A stretch of DNA of 64,000 nt. Origin: an uncultured Candidatus Peribacteria bacterium. Lineage in GTDB: Bacteria; Patescibacteriota; Gracilibacteria; Absconditabacterales; Absconditicoccaceae. This document shows, in pieces, positions 44,878-56,453 of this stretch (the first letter of the stretch is position 1; each line of letters opens with the position of its first letter). The notes below the pieces were generated by a model, which made no database searches, had not been told where the DNA came from, and was given only the letters and a program-made list of their open reading frames with translations. The stretch covers positions 1,737-65,736 of the forward strand of contig CAZTFP010000002.1 of assembly GCA_964613015.1 (NCBI GenBank). Reading direction: 5' to 3'. Made by a program: the position numbers and the translations under genes.

Positions 44878-46314
44878 ATGGAACAGATTATCTGAAATTC
44901 ATTCCTCGACCAGTACTTCGACGAGACAACGATGTCCCTTCATATCAAAGAAGGCCGCCCTATCTTGAGAAAGAAGTGAACGCCAGGGAATTGGAAACCA
45001 GTCATAGATACCAAGAGTATGTCCAAAGATGAAATGAAAACATTCATCGATAAAATCTATGCAGAGATAGAAAGCAGAGATGATGGATTTATGGAGATTG
45101 ATAGAAAATTATCTAAAGTCTTACAGCTCGGCCCGTTTAGAATAGTGATTGTTTATCCTCCACTTTCTGACGGATTGGAAATGACTATTGTGAAACCTAT
45201 CAAGAAATTAGTTATGGATGATTATAAGCTCGATAAGGATGTCTTTGAATTATTGAGAAATCAAGCTAAAGGAATTTTGATTTCCTGATCACCAGGTAGT
45301 GGAAAAACGACCTTTGCTCAGGCACTTATCGATGTCTATCACCAAGACAATCATATTATCAAAACACTAGAATCGCCTCGTGATTTACTCGTGTCTGATG
45401 ATATCGTACAATATAGTTTCACCTATGGAACCCATGATGAGGTGAGAGATATCTTATTACTTTCTAGACCTGATTATACGGTCTATGATGAAGTGAGAAA
45501 CAAATCTGACTTTGAGTTATATAAAGATCTCAGATTGACAGGAATAGGTTTGGTGGGAGTTATCCATGCTACGAGAGCCGTTGATAGTATTCAGAGATTC
45601 TTGTGAACTATTGAAATGGGAATAATCCCTCAAGTTATTGACACGGTAATTTATATCAACAAATGAGCGATTGAACAAATATATACCTTGCAACTTACGG
45701 TCAAGGTGCCTGAAGGCATGGAGTCAGAAGATCTTGCAAGACCAGTCATAATTATCACAAGTTTCCTCACTAAACAAGTGGAATATGAAATATATACCTT
45801 CGGAGAACAAATAGTAGTTATGCCACTTCTTGGTACAGGAGATGGAGAAGGAAAGGTCCAAAGCAAAGGGAAATCAGCAATCTCTGAGTATGCAAAAAAT
45901 ACCATTACCCAAAAACTTGAACAACTCTTACCTTGTGATTTTCTTTTGAAGATTAAGTGATCATCCAATCTCGATATTTATGTCCCTGAAGAAGCCAAGG
46001 GTCGTGTCATCGGTAAATCTGGAGCTAATATTAATAATCTAGAAAAGAGTATGGGCTTGAAAATAAATTTGAAAAGTTTTGATGAACTTCCGCTCTTGGA
46101 CGTAAGGACAGAAATGAGTGGAGGAAAGAAAAATACTTCTACTGATATTCTCTTTCCGATTGAATTTGCCAATCAAAGTATATGTTTCCTTATCGGAGAT
46201 GAGATCGCTTACTTTACTCCAGATGTTCGTGGTATAGTCACCATAAAAGCTAAAGAACTTATAAAAAACATTACAAGAAAATGATTTGTCATCGTAGATA
46301 GCAGCAAACTTTAA
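44878..46314 (+). CDS. PilT/PhoH-like P-loop ATPase with C-terminal KH domain (COG1855-like architecture)
   Basis: Track ORFs 45019, 45391, 45688 and 46051 all lie in frame 1. (G)SPGSGKTT. KH motif GRVIGKSGANINNLEK. Confidence 0.75.
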
Positions 46315-46325
46315 ATTGAAATGTT

Positions 46326-46444
46326 CCTCCTTTACTGGACCGAAGGGAATCCAGTGGGAAAAGGGGGTGGCGAAGGCGGAGGATTTTTATGACTAAGTAA
46401 AATCTCCCACCGCAAGCGGTCCCCCCTCTTTCAAATAAAGAGGG
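46326..46444 (+). other. GC-rich multi-hairpin island (unclassified; possible structured RNA)
   Basis: cctcc (46326-30) pairs with ggagg (46378-82). ctgga/tccag (46335-54). accgc-aa-gcggt (46409-20). ccctcttt-caaat-aaagaggg (46424-44). Confidence 0.3.
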
Positions 46445-46489
46445 AATAAAAAAAACAAATTAATTCTTTTTAGTTTTTCATTGTGTAGT

Positions 46490-47896
46490 ATGAACAATTT
46501 CCATTTCTCAAAAATCATTGCCGGTGTGGGACCGACATTAGCAAAAGAAACTGTACTTTCCAAAGTCATCAATATGGTGGATATTTTTAGAATTTCCTTA
46601 TCGGGTGGATTCGATGATAACAATAAAAAATATATCGATACCATTATGAAATTGGATAATAGTAAAACTATCATGATGGAAACCAGAGGATCAGATATCA
46701 GAGTAAAAAATGTTTTGGATATAAAGGTCAAAGTCAGACAAACGATAGAGATTGAATATAGTGAATATGCTCAGGAACATGATAAAAGAATATTTGTCGA
46801 TGCATCATTTCTTAGAGAATTGAAAGTTGGACAAGTTATTAAGTTTCAGCAAAGTGGTGTCGTGATAAAAATCAAATCTAATAAAGAACATGCAACCATG
46901 TGTGAGGTGATTGAATGAGGGTGGATTATCCAGTTTGATAGAGTGTTCTTTCATAATTATGATCTCAATCTTCCCTTTCTTGGAGAAAGAGATAAACACG
47001 ATATTTTACGATGATTGGAATATGGTATCCATGTCATGGCTCCTTCATTGGTCAAAACGAGAGACGATATCATAGAACTCAAAGATTTTTTGAAAACCAA
47101 AAATGCAGGGAATATGAAAATTCTTGCAAAAATAGAAACGGAAGAAGCATTGGAAAACATAGATGACTTGCTAGATATTTCAGATGGATTGATTTTTGTC
47201 TTTGAAAAGATTGAAAAAGCCATGAAAGCTTTGAAGCTCAATGAAGAAATTTTGGTAAATAAATGTAAAGTACTGGGTAAACCAGCTATTGTGACCTTTG
47301 TTGGTAAGTTTGAAAAAAACAAATATCAGTTGATCAATGAAACTCAATTGAAAAAATTTTCAAATATGGCAGCAGATGCATATATGCTTGATACCCTACT
47401 TCAGGAAGATGATCCTCTTGCTATGATTACTCAACTTTCTGATACTTTGGATTCACTAGAATTGAAAATTACGCCACAAGAATTGACTTGTTTCTATGCA
47501 AACAATGAATTTATGGTAAGAGATTATATTCTCTACAATGCCCATAGGACTACTCAAGAAGTTGACGTAAGAGCATTGGTATTGTATACAGAAAATGGAT
47601 ATTCAGCAGGAAGATTATCTAGTCTAAAACCAAGAGTACCTATCATAGCCTTTACCAAAAGCGATGAAAATTATAGATATCTCAATATGCTTCGAGGAGT
47701 TAGAGGATATAAAATTTCTCAGTCATTCAGTTATGAAAACTTGAAAAGGATTGGAAAAGAAATGATAAGAATTATCTTTAAAGGTAATATTTCTCTTGAT
47801 GATAAGATTATTATCGTCCAAGCAAATGAAGTAATTGGAGATGAGAAAACAGGTATGATCAATGGTCTGGAATTATATAAATTTAAGAATATTTAA
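46490..47896 (+). CDS. pyk: pyruvate kinase (divergent)
   Basis: Track ORFs 46481-46918 and 47015-47896 share one frame. KIIAGVGP..., MMETRG, ERDKHDIL(W)GLEYGIHVMAPSLV, ILAKIET. Confidence 0.82.
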
Positions 47897-47903
47897 AGAC
47901 TTT

Positions 47904-47930
47904 GTGGAGAATGGAAACGTGGAGAATTGG
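47904..47930 (+). repeat. direct repeat gtggagaatgg / gtggagaattgg
   Basis: 47904-47914 and 47919-47930, just 3' of pyk. The reverse complement atggagaatgg occurs at 26980-26990. Confidence 0.6.
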
Positions 47931-48131
47931 AAAACTAAATACCAAAAGAGTCGATCGAAAGGTCGATTTTTTTAAGATTTCACATGAATCGCCTGAAAAA
48001 ATATCCTAATTAGGATGTTTTCCCAAAACCACTATTTTTTACCTTAAAAAAATACCACCTTAAATTCTGCTTAAGGTAGAGATTTTATTGAGTATTTTTT
48101 TTAATGATTTTTCCATTGCAATACCCCCTTG

Positions 48132-48147
48132 ATACTATATATAGTGT
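48132..48147. promoter_or_regulatory. NrdR-box-like palindrome 1
   Basis: atACTATATATAGTgt versus my recollection of the NrdR-box consensus acaCwAtATaTwGtgt. Confidence 0.55.
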
Positions 48148-48164
48148 TCACAATCAATTGAATA

Positions 48165-48180
48165 CCACAATATATTGTAT
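48165..48180. promoter_or_regulatory. NrdR-box-like palindrome 2
   Basis: ccACAATATATTGTat, with its centre about 33 bp from box 1 and about 95 nt upstream of the nrdD ATG. Confidence 0.55.
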
Positions 48181-48271
48181 ATCTGACATATTTTCTATAA
48201 ATTGTAAATACAAAAATACTCATAAAAAATTCTACTCTATCTTTTTTATCATATAACACGATTTTGTAAGT

Positions 48272-50482
48272 ATGGCTATCTATAAAGTAAGAAAAAGAAA
48301 TGGTGCAATTATTGATTTTGATATCAATAAGATAGAATCGGCAATTAAAAAAGCCATAGAAGCAGTTGGAGGAACAGATTTTAGTGAAGTAGTTAGTCTC
48401 GCAAAAAAAATAAGTAAAGAAGTAGAAAAAAAGGTAGGAAAAGAAATCCCAAATATAGAAGCTATTCAGGATACCGTTGAACAAATTCTCGTAAAAGAGG
48501 GACATGATACCGTTGCTAAAGCATATATTTTGTATCGCCAAAAAAGATTGGAATCGAGAGCACAAGAAAGTGTCGTCGTTGAAGTAGGAAAAACTATGGA
48601 TGAATACCTCGATCAAAGTGATTGGAGAGTAAATGCAAACAGTAACCAATGATATTCACTCGGAGGACTTATTCTCAACATTTCAGGGAAAGTTATTGCC
48701 AATTACTGGTTGAGTCACGTCTACCCTGCAGATATCTGAGCTGCACACAGAACTGGAGACTTTCATATCCATGATCTGGATATGTTTTCTGGATATTGTG
48801 CAGGACGAAGTCTCAGACAATTACTTGAAGAAGGGTTTAATGGATTGACCAATAGAGTACAATCAGCTCCCCCAAAAAACCTTCAAGCTGCGGTAAATCA
48901 AATGATTAATTTTTTCTGAACACTTCAAAACGAATGGGCTTGAGCACAAGCATTTTCTTCTTTTGATACCTATCTCGCTCCATTTATACATAAATATAAA
49001 GTAGAACAAGAACAAGAGATTGATGCTATAGGGATGAAATTTACAAGTCCTGAAGCCAAAAAAGAATTTATAGACAAGAAAACATATAAATACGTCACTC
49101 AGCAGATGCAAAATTTTATCTTTGGATTAAATGTCCCTTCACGCTGGGGAACACAAACGCCATTCACCAATATCACCTTAGATTGGACTTGTCCTGAAGA
49201 TTTGAAGGATAAATCACTTATGCTTTGAGGGATAGAAAAATGATATTATCCAAAGAAATTCAGTGAACTCGAAGAAGAGATGAAACTTATCAATAGAGTC
49301 CTTATCGAAGTATATACCGCTGGAGATTGGACAGGATCAGTATTTACTTTCCCTATCCCGACATACAATGTTACCGAAGATTTTCCACGGGATGATCCAG
49401 ACATCAATTTACTATTTGAAATGACTGCTAAATATGGAATTCCTTATTTTCAAAACTTTGTAGGATCACAATTTAAAGTCATCAAAGATAAGGAGGGAAA
49501 TATAACAAAAGTAGACAATCCTGATGCATATAAACCAGGAGCTGTGAGATCAATGTGTTGTAGATTACAGCTTGACCTTACCCAGCTTGAAAAAAGATGA
49601 TGATGACTTTTCTGATCAGCTGAAATGACGGGTTCTATCTGAGTCGTTACCATCAATATGGCAAGAATCGGATATAACTTTAAGGGAGATAAAGAAGGTT
49701 TTAAAAATCAGGTTCGTTATCTTATGAACTTGGCAAAAATATCGCTTGAACTCAAAAGAAAAGAGATTACAAAATGGTTAGATGCATGATTATATCCATA
49801 TACAAAAAGATACCTTCATTCCTTCAGAAATCACTTCTCTACTATCGGACTCAATGGTATGAATGAAGCCATCCTCAACTTTACGAATGGTAAGGAAGAC
49901 ATCTCTACTGATGCTGGCAAGAAATTTGCTATGGAAATCATGGACTTTATGAGAGAGATATTGAAACAATATCAAGAAGAGACAGAAAACCTCTACAATC
50001 TAGAAGCAACACCAGCAGAAGGAACAACCTACAGATTTGCCAAAGAAGATAGAAAACAGATTCCCGAAATCATACAAGCAGGTACCCATGATGCACCATA
50101 TTATACCAATTCTACTCAGCTTCCTGTTGGTTATACCGATGATCCGTTTGAGGCACTAGAACAACAAAACGAATTACAATGTAAATATACTTGATGAACG
50201 GTTCTTCATCTCTATATGGGAGAAAGAGTATCCAATGCACAAGCATGCAAAAATTTAGTTAGAAAGGTTATATCAAATTATCAACTTCCGTATATCACTA
50301 TATCACCCGTCTTTTCTATCTGTCCGAAACATGGATACGTTATAGGAGAACATGATTATTGTCCAAAATGTGATAAAGAACTTGGATATGCAGGAGATGA
50401 GTTTAATATAGATATTAGACAAAAGCACACTTCAGACCCAGAAAAACTTAGAATCATCAAAGAAAAGAAAATACAAAATTAG
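48272..50482 (+). CDS. nrdD: anaerobic ribonucleoside-triphosphate reductase, large fragment lacking the glycyl-radical domain
   Basis: ATP-cone N-terminus. GYCAG(W)SL. CCRLQLDL..R(G)(G)(G)LF(G)S..GSIGVVTINM. KYT(G)(G)TVLHLY. CPKHGY...CPKC. Track ORFs 48272, 49034, 49280, 49859 and 50216 share frame 2. Ends at TAG 50480-50482. Confidence 0.92.
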
Positions 50483-50521
50483 GTATCCTATTCCCTTTTA
50501 TATTTATAACACCTTGTCGCC

Positions 50522-50749
50522 ATGCAAACATTTTTCAACAAAGACGGTCAGGAGATCTATAGGACTCCATGCCAAGTATTTACTCGTGTAATGGGATATC
50601 TCAGACCGGTAAGTCATTATAATATCGGTAAAAAATCAGAATTTTATAGTAGAAAATACTTCGATGAAGGGAAAACTGCTAACTCAACATTTGTAAGACA
50701 GTTTAGTCAACAAGTATTCGTGGGAGGATGAGCATGTGGATGCAACTAG
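50522..50749 (+). CDS. stand-alone glycyl-radical domain ORF (NrdD C-terminus)
   Basis: ...CQVFTRVMGYLRPVSHYNIGKKSEFYSRKYF carries the RV.GY glycyl-radical motif. Same frame as nrdD but separated from it by TAG and TAA. Confidence 0.75.
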
Positions 50750-50777
50750 AACTAATTTAATTATCAAAGAATAACAC

Positions 50778-51224
50778 ATGACAGAAAATACTAACGTAGG
50801 AGTTGGGTTTGGAGTGATGATTCTCAGAAATGGAAAAATACTTCTCGGTCAAAGACATGTGGATCCAGCCAAAGCCGATTCTGAACTTCATGGTGAATGA
50901 ACACGAACAATGCCTGGTGGCAAGATGCGTTTTCATGAAAGCTTTGAAGAGACCTGTCATCGTGAAACATTAGAAGAGACAGGATTAGAAATCAATACAT
51001 CTACTATAAAGATCATCAGTATAACCAATGATATGGTATCAGACAAACATTTTGTAACTATAGGATTCTTGTCAGAAGATGTAAAAGGTGAACCACAAGT
51101 TTTAGAACCAGATGAAATCACTCAATGGCAACGATTTGATTTGAATGAGCTTCCTACACCACTCTTCTTCCCTAGCGAAAAAGTAATCAAGAATTATTTT
51201 GCAGGAAGTATTTATAATTACTAA
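50778..51224 (+). CDS. NUDIX hydrolase
   Basis: GE(G)T(W)TMPGGKMRFHESFEETCHRETLEETGL is the Nudix box. CGA 50904-50906. Confidence 0.88.
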
Positions 51225-51282
51225 CATTAAGTAAAGTTATAAGATAGATTATATCAATTATATTTCTATCTTAATGAAGCTT

Positions 51283-51341
51283 TATAATTACTACCCAAAT
51301 AATTGGGAACAAAATCACGAATTATTGTGGTAGTAATTATA
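51283..51341. repeat. long hairpin (13-bp perfect outer stem plus 7-bp inner stem)
   Basis: tataattactacc (51283-95) pairs with ggtagtaattata (51329-41). aataatt pairs with aattatt inside. Confidence 0.6.
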
Positions 51342-51411
51342 TATTATTCAATCAAAAGTAAGAAATATATTTTCGAAGGATAATATACTTTTTATTTACC
51401 GGAAAAATATC

Positions 51412-52395
51412 ATGAATTATAATGATACCATCTATGGAAACTACGAGATCCAGGAACCTGTAATTCTTGAGTTAATCAATAGTCCTGCCATGCAAAGATT
51501 GAAAGGTATTGATCAAGCATGATATTTCCATGTATATTTTCCTGGCATACCACGCTCACGCTTCAATCACTCTCTAGGTGTTTATCTCCTATTGAAAAAT
51601 TACTGAGCATCGATTGAAGAACAGATTGCCTGACTTCTTCACGATATTTCTCATGGAACTTTTTCTCATTGTCTGGATTATGTATTCGAATGATGAAATC
51701 AGAAAGAGCAAAGTCATCAAGACAACATATTCGAATCATTCATCAAAAAAACAAATATTCCTGATATCTTGAAAAAACATGGCTTGAATATCGAATATAT
51801 CATCGATGATACTCATTTTCCTCTCAAAGAAACTACATTACCCGATCTCTGTGCTGATAGAATAGATTACATTTTGAGAGATGCTTGGCATCTTGGAGAG
51901 TTTTCTCATGAAGAGGTAACATACATTTTAGAGCATCTTATAATACGCGAGAATAAACGGATTTTTAAAGATCTACCATCAGCCAAAATATTTGCAGAAT
52001 TATTTTATCATATGAATGAAAAATACTATGCTGGTATCGAATCTGCAGCTATGTATAGGACCGTTGGTGATTGTCTTAGATATGCGCGAAAACATGAGTA
52101 TCTGGATAGCGATGACTTTTATACTGTAGATACACAGGTGCTAGACAAAATAACCACTCATATTGAAAATAATCAACAATTGGATATTTATTGGCAACGT
52201 ATGAACAATAAAATTCCTTTTACCAATAATCCTAATGATTTTGACGCCCATGTATTCTGTAAAAGCAGGATTGTTGATCCTCTCTTCGTGGATGATACTA
52301 TTGTAAAAAGAGTATCTGATGTAGATAGTGCATGGAAGATGAGTATACAGAATGCATTATCAGCCAAAGAATACTTCTTAAAATTTGAAAAATAG
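51412..52395 (+). CDS. HD-domain phosphohydrolase (COG1078 / dNTP-triphosphohydrolase-like)
   Basis: RFNHSLGVYLL...IA(G)LLHDISHGTFSH...DRIDYILRD. Extends track ORF 51769-52395 upstream to ATG 51412. Confidence 0.85.
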
Positions 52396-52423
52396 CTATT
52401 GTTTTATTTGTAATGAAATAGCC

Positions 52424-53134
52424 GTGAAGATTGCGTGAATACAACAGTCAACTATGATCGACTATCCAGGCAAAATCGCCTGTGTGGTTTTTACACAATG
52501 ATGCAATTTCCGCTGTCACTTCTGTCATAATCCTGAATGTGTTTTACCCGAAAAGATGATGTTGTTTCAAAATGATTTGATTCCTGAAGAGGTGTTTTTT
52601 AATTTTTTGAAAGCGAGAAAATGATTACTTGATGGAGTAAGTATCTGTGGTGGAGAACCAACTATACGACCTGACTTATATGACTTTGCCAAGAAGATAA
52701 AGGAGATGTGATTTCTAGTCAAGTTGGATACCAACGGAAGAGATTATCAAATCGTCAAAAGAATGATCCAGGATAAAATTTTGGATTATGTAGCAGTTGA
52801 CTTAAAACACTCTATGCATAGCTATGCTGATGCGGTCGGATTGGAACAACCCGCAGAGTTTTATCTCAGCTATCAGAAACTCTTGCAGATATTATTGGAA
52901 AGTAAAATAGATTATGAGTATAGAACTACCGTTGCAAAGGGCCTTCATACCGCTGACGATATTGAAAACATGGCCGTCTATATCAGAGGAGCTAAACATT
53001 ATTATCTTCAGAATTATATCGGCGGAAATACCCTCGATCCAGATTTTGGTGGAACTCCCTTTAGTGATGAAGAACTCGAAGCATTTAAAAAAATAGCTGA
53101 ACCGTATGTCCAGCATTGTGAGATAAGAAAATAG
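52424..53134 (+). CDS. nrdG: anaerobic ribonucleotide reductase activating protein (radical SAM)
   Basis: GTG start. IDYPGKIACVVFTQ(G)CNFRCHFCHNP is the CxxxCxxC cluster. In frame with track ORF 52724-53134. Confidence 0.88.
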
Positions 53135-53236
53135 TGAATAACTAATAACTAATAACTAAAAGTTAAGGAATTGTATACATATGAACTATCGTAATTTACT
53201 ATAGTTAATGTCATCAATACCATCACTGTTCACTAT
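53130..53236. repeat. palindromic intergenic repeat element, copy C
   Basis: atagtgaataactaataactaataac ... gaactatcgtaatttactatagtt ... cactgttcacta. The nrdG TAG stop is part of the terminal tagtgaa. Confidence 0.7.
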
Positions 53237-53239
53237 CCA

Positions 53240-54022
53240 TTATTTTTTAAAGTATTCCATACAGTCTTTATATCCTTCTAGATATGCTCTGTGCATTTTC
53301 TTTTTGCTGATATCTAATACTTTGAGTTGTAAATCTTTGTAAAACAAATGTTTTACTTCTCACATATTTTCTATGGTATGGTGTCTCAGAAGAATCTCGA
53401 ACGAAATAGATAATGTATCGAATATGTTTTTTACTTTTTGATGTTCTTGGAATTTATTGAGTGCAATACCGATAATTTCATCGTTGGGATATTGCTCTTT
53501 CGCCACATCCACAGGAAAATTATTTGTCGCCCCTCCGTCCATCAGAATATATTTCTGATAACGAACAACAGGAAATATACCTGGTATAGAAATACTTCAG
53601 AGAATAATGGGCGTCAGGTAGCCCGTATCAAAGAGACGAAACGTACCCATCTCTACGTCTGTAGTTCAAATATACATTTTTATCTTTAGATCTTTCATCT
53701 GTTGTGGGAGATCTTTGCTGAATTTTTTTTCGAAATAATTGAGTCTCAGTAAACTCTCTTTTGAGAAAATATTTATAGAAGAGATTCCGAATGGATTGAT
53801 TCCAAAAAACATATCGTAGATCTGTTCAGCTGTGTATCATGCTGCTCGATAGCTTCCTACCAATGCTCATGCACTCACACCATAAATCGCCTGGATTTTA
53901 TCTTTGTAACCAAGCTCTTCTAGTCACTTGAGAATCCCTAATGCGTAAAATCACCTCGTCCCTCATCATGAGATAACCAATGTGTATTTCTTTTTTTTGG
54001 GAATAAATGAAAAAAGTTTCAT
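53240..54022 (-). CDS. patatin-like phospholipase
   Basis: VIS(G)(G)GTR(G)FYALG, GVSAGA, LMDGGATNNFP. 783 nt. In frame with track ORF 53360-53542. Confidence 0.88.
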
Positions 54023-54027
54023 AAACT

Positions 54028-54128
54028 TAGTGAAAAACTAAAAACTAAAAATGAACGACTTGTGTTTTTATAGACTATAGTAATTTACAATAATTCATAG
54101 AAGATAAAATCCATCATTATTCACTTTT
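54028..54128. repeat. palindromic intergenic repeat element, copy D
   Basis: ttagtgaaaaactaaaaactaaaaatg ... agactatagtaatttaca ... cattattcactttt. Confidence 0.65.
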
Positions 54129-54130
54129 GG

Positions 54131-54694
54131 TTAAATTATAAGTTCAGCCCAATCACCTGGTTTCATCAATGCTGCATTGGCTTCTTCGATATCAATATGA
54201 AAATCGAGCGCGTAATCGTCTCTTGCTCTGACCGCAACATTTTCAAACATAATTCCTCTGATTCATCCGACGTGGAGTTGAATGATATCACCATTTTTTA
54301 TTCCCATTTCTTGTGCTTCTTGGACTGTGCAATGTAAATGTCTTTGTGCCACCATAGCGAATGTACCGTAAATATCTCCGACCGGTCAGATTATTTTTAT
54401 GTACTCTAAATTGTCTACATCACCAGAAACTTTGATTGGTGCGTTTGTTCATAATACAAAATTATCACCAACCATGATCTCTACTTGCGTAGTTTTTCTT
54501 GTCGGTCCTACTACTCTCACTTTTTCTATCTTGCCTTTGGGTCACTCGATAGTCACTAATTCTTGGGCAGCATATTGTCCAGGCTGAGAAATGTCTTTGA
54601 ATACTTTGAGTTCATATCATTTACCAAAAACCTTCTCCATATCACTAGGAGAAAGATGCACATGTCTATTGGAAATTCATACGGGGATTCTCAT
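54131..54694 (-). CDS. pduL: phosphate propanoyl/acetyl-transferase, PduL family
   Basis: ISNRHVHLSPSD...VVGPTRKTTQVEI...AQRHLHC...DFHIDIEEANAA. 564 nt from ATG to TAA. Confidence 0.88.
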
Positions 54695-54780
54695 GTTTTT
54701 GAATGTAGAATGTAAAATATATAATTCAGAATTAAATGTTTTAAATATTTCAAATTTTTCTGCATTCTGAATTCTAAATT

Positions 54781-55338
54781 CTAAATTTTGAATGCATTTA
54801 ATACGTCTTCAAGTTGCTTATGGAGCTCTTCAAATGTTCCATTATTGGTGAATAGGTAATCGGCCATCTGCATACATTTGGCAATATTCTGTTTGCTTGG
54901 ATCTATATTATTCATTTCTCTTTCTTCGTTGGCGATGAATTCATCGTAAGAAATTTTATCAGTTTCACTTCCTCTGATTACTATCCTCTCATATCTTATT
55001 TTGGGATCTGCATCTATAGCAAACAGCATAAAATTTTCTTTTCATTTTAACGCTTCAGCTTCGCCTACCACTCTAATACTTTCTATGATAGTATTCTTTT
55101 TGCTTGCTTTTGCTTGCTGATACAATTGTTCTACGATGTATGAAGGAGTATGTTTGCCGCGAAGATCATTTGCTACGATAACCATACTATCCCTATTTAC
55201 TATCATTCCCCTCTTTTCTATTTCTTGGATAAGAAAAGCTCTCACAGAAAAATGTTGAAAATCTTTTTCCTTTACGAGATAGTCTACAATGGTTCACTTT
55301 CCTGCTCCAATGGTTCATGTGATTCAAATGATAATCAT
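54781..55338 (-). CDS. P-loop nucleotide kinase (CoaE/dNMP-kinase-like)
   Basis: MIII(G)IT(G)TIGAGKGT. Track ORFs 55042-55245 and 54781-55029 share one frame. Confidence 0.7.
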
Positions 55339-55473
55339 CTCGTTTTTTTTAAGGAATAAATTTTGTTGAGTATAGTTATTTGACGAACAAAATGAAATAT
55401 ATTTTTTGGGTTTGAAAAAGCCTTGAGAATTGTATATAACTGCTGAAATACTTTATGTCTTTACTTTATCACC

Positions 55474-56361
55474 ATGCGAGAACAGATACAAAAATATTGT
55501 GCAGATAAAAAAACCGTCTGAGGGATTGTTATTGTCATTGTATTTATTCTTATTATTATCTTCCAAGTAAGCGGAGAAAAAAGATGAATGAATACTTCAC
55601 TCCACGGTAGTATAGATTTTGCTGGTGAAGTGATGCCAACTGAATGAAAATATCAGTTAAATATTGAAAGGTTTGATAGAGAGGTTGCTTTATTAGAAAT
55701 CAATGAAGCGCAATTTATCATGATCTATAAAAGATGGAATTTAATTATACCAATCATCGAAAAAGAACTTAAAAATGCTGATCTCCCTGATGATTTAAAA
55801 TATATCCCAGTTATCGAAAGTGCATTGAGGGATAATGTTGTTAGCTCTGCTGGTGCCGCTGGATTGCGGCAATTGATGCCATGAACTGCCCAAAGATATG
55901 GATTGATGGTAAATAGCGGTATAGATGAAAGATATGATGTAGTCAAGTCTACAGCGGCGGCTATCAATTATCTTAAGACACTTGGTAGTTTATTCCCTCA
56001 GCGGACTCTTGTGGCCGCCGCTTATAATAGGGGCGAAAATGGCTTACAAAATAGTTTGGAAAGTCAGTATAGTAATAATTATTATGATCTCTGGTTAAAT
56101 ACGGAAACCTCAAGATATGTATTTAGATTGCTTGCTATGAAATATGTCCGAGAACATAAATATATGTTTTTTGCTCGTAACACTTTGTGAGACATGTATC
56201 GCCCGTTTAACACAAAATTTGTAAGTGAAAAAAATATCCCTGACATCGCTGATCGAGCAAGAAAAAATAACTTGAGTTACTATGAGGTAAAAAAACTTAA
56301 TCCATGGATTATCGATAATACGCTCCCTGATGGAAAGTGGAATATAGAAGTATTTAAATAA
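55474..56361 (+). CDS. lytic transglycosylase (SLT domain, MltD-like)
   Basis: ESALRDNVVSSAGAAGL(W)QLMP(G)TAQRYG. (W)TLVAAAYNRGENG. In frame with track ORF 55903-56190. CGG codons at 55867-69 and 56002-04. Confidence 0.85.
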
Positions 56362-56400
56362 AAATAAGAGGTTTGTCTGAATATATGTGTTTTTGTAATA

Positions 56401-56428
56401 AAGAAAAAAGAAACATTTTCATGTTTCT
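56401..56428 (-). terminator. rho-independent terminator of efp
   Basis: Minus strand agaaacat-gaaa-atgtttct followed by a T-run. Confidence 0.6.
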
Positions 56429-56453
56429 AATCTCTTTGTTATTATTCATACGT

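Noticed and set aside
50483-50521. An intron or intein interrupting nrdD, by analogy with the group I intron in phage T4 nrdD.
   Set aside because: The gap between the two ORFs is only 39 nt, far too short for a group I or group II intron. An intein would be in frame without stop codons.
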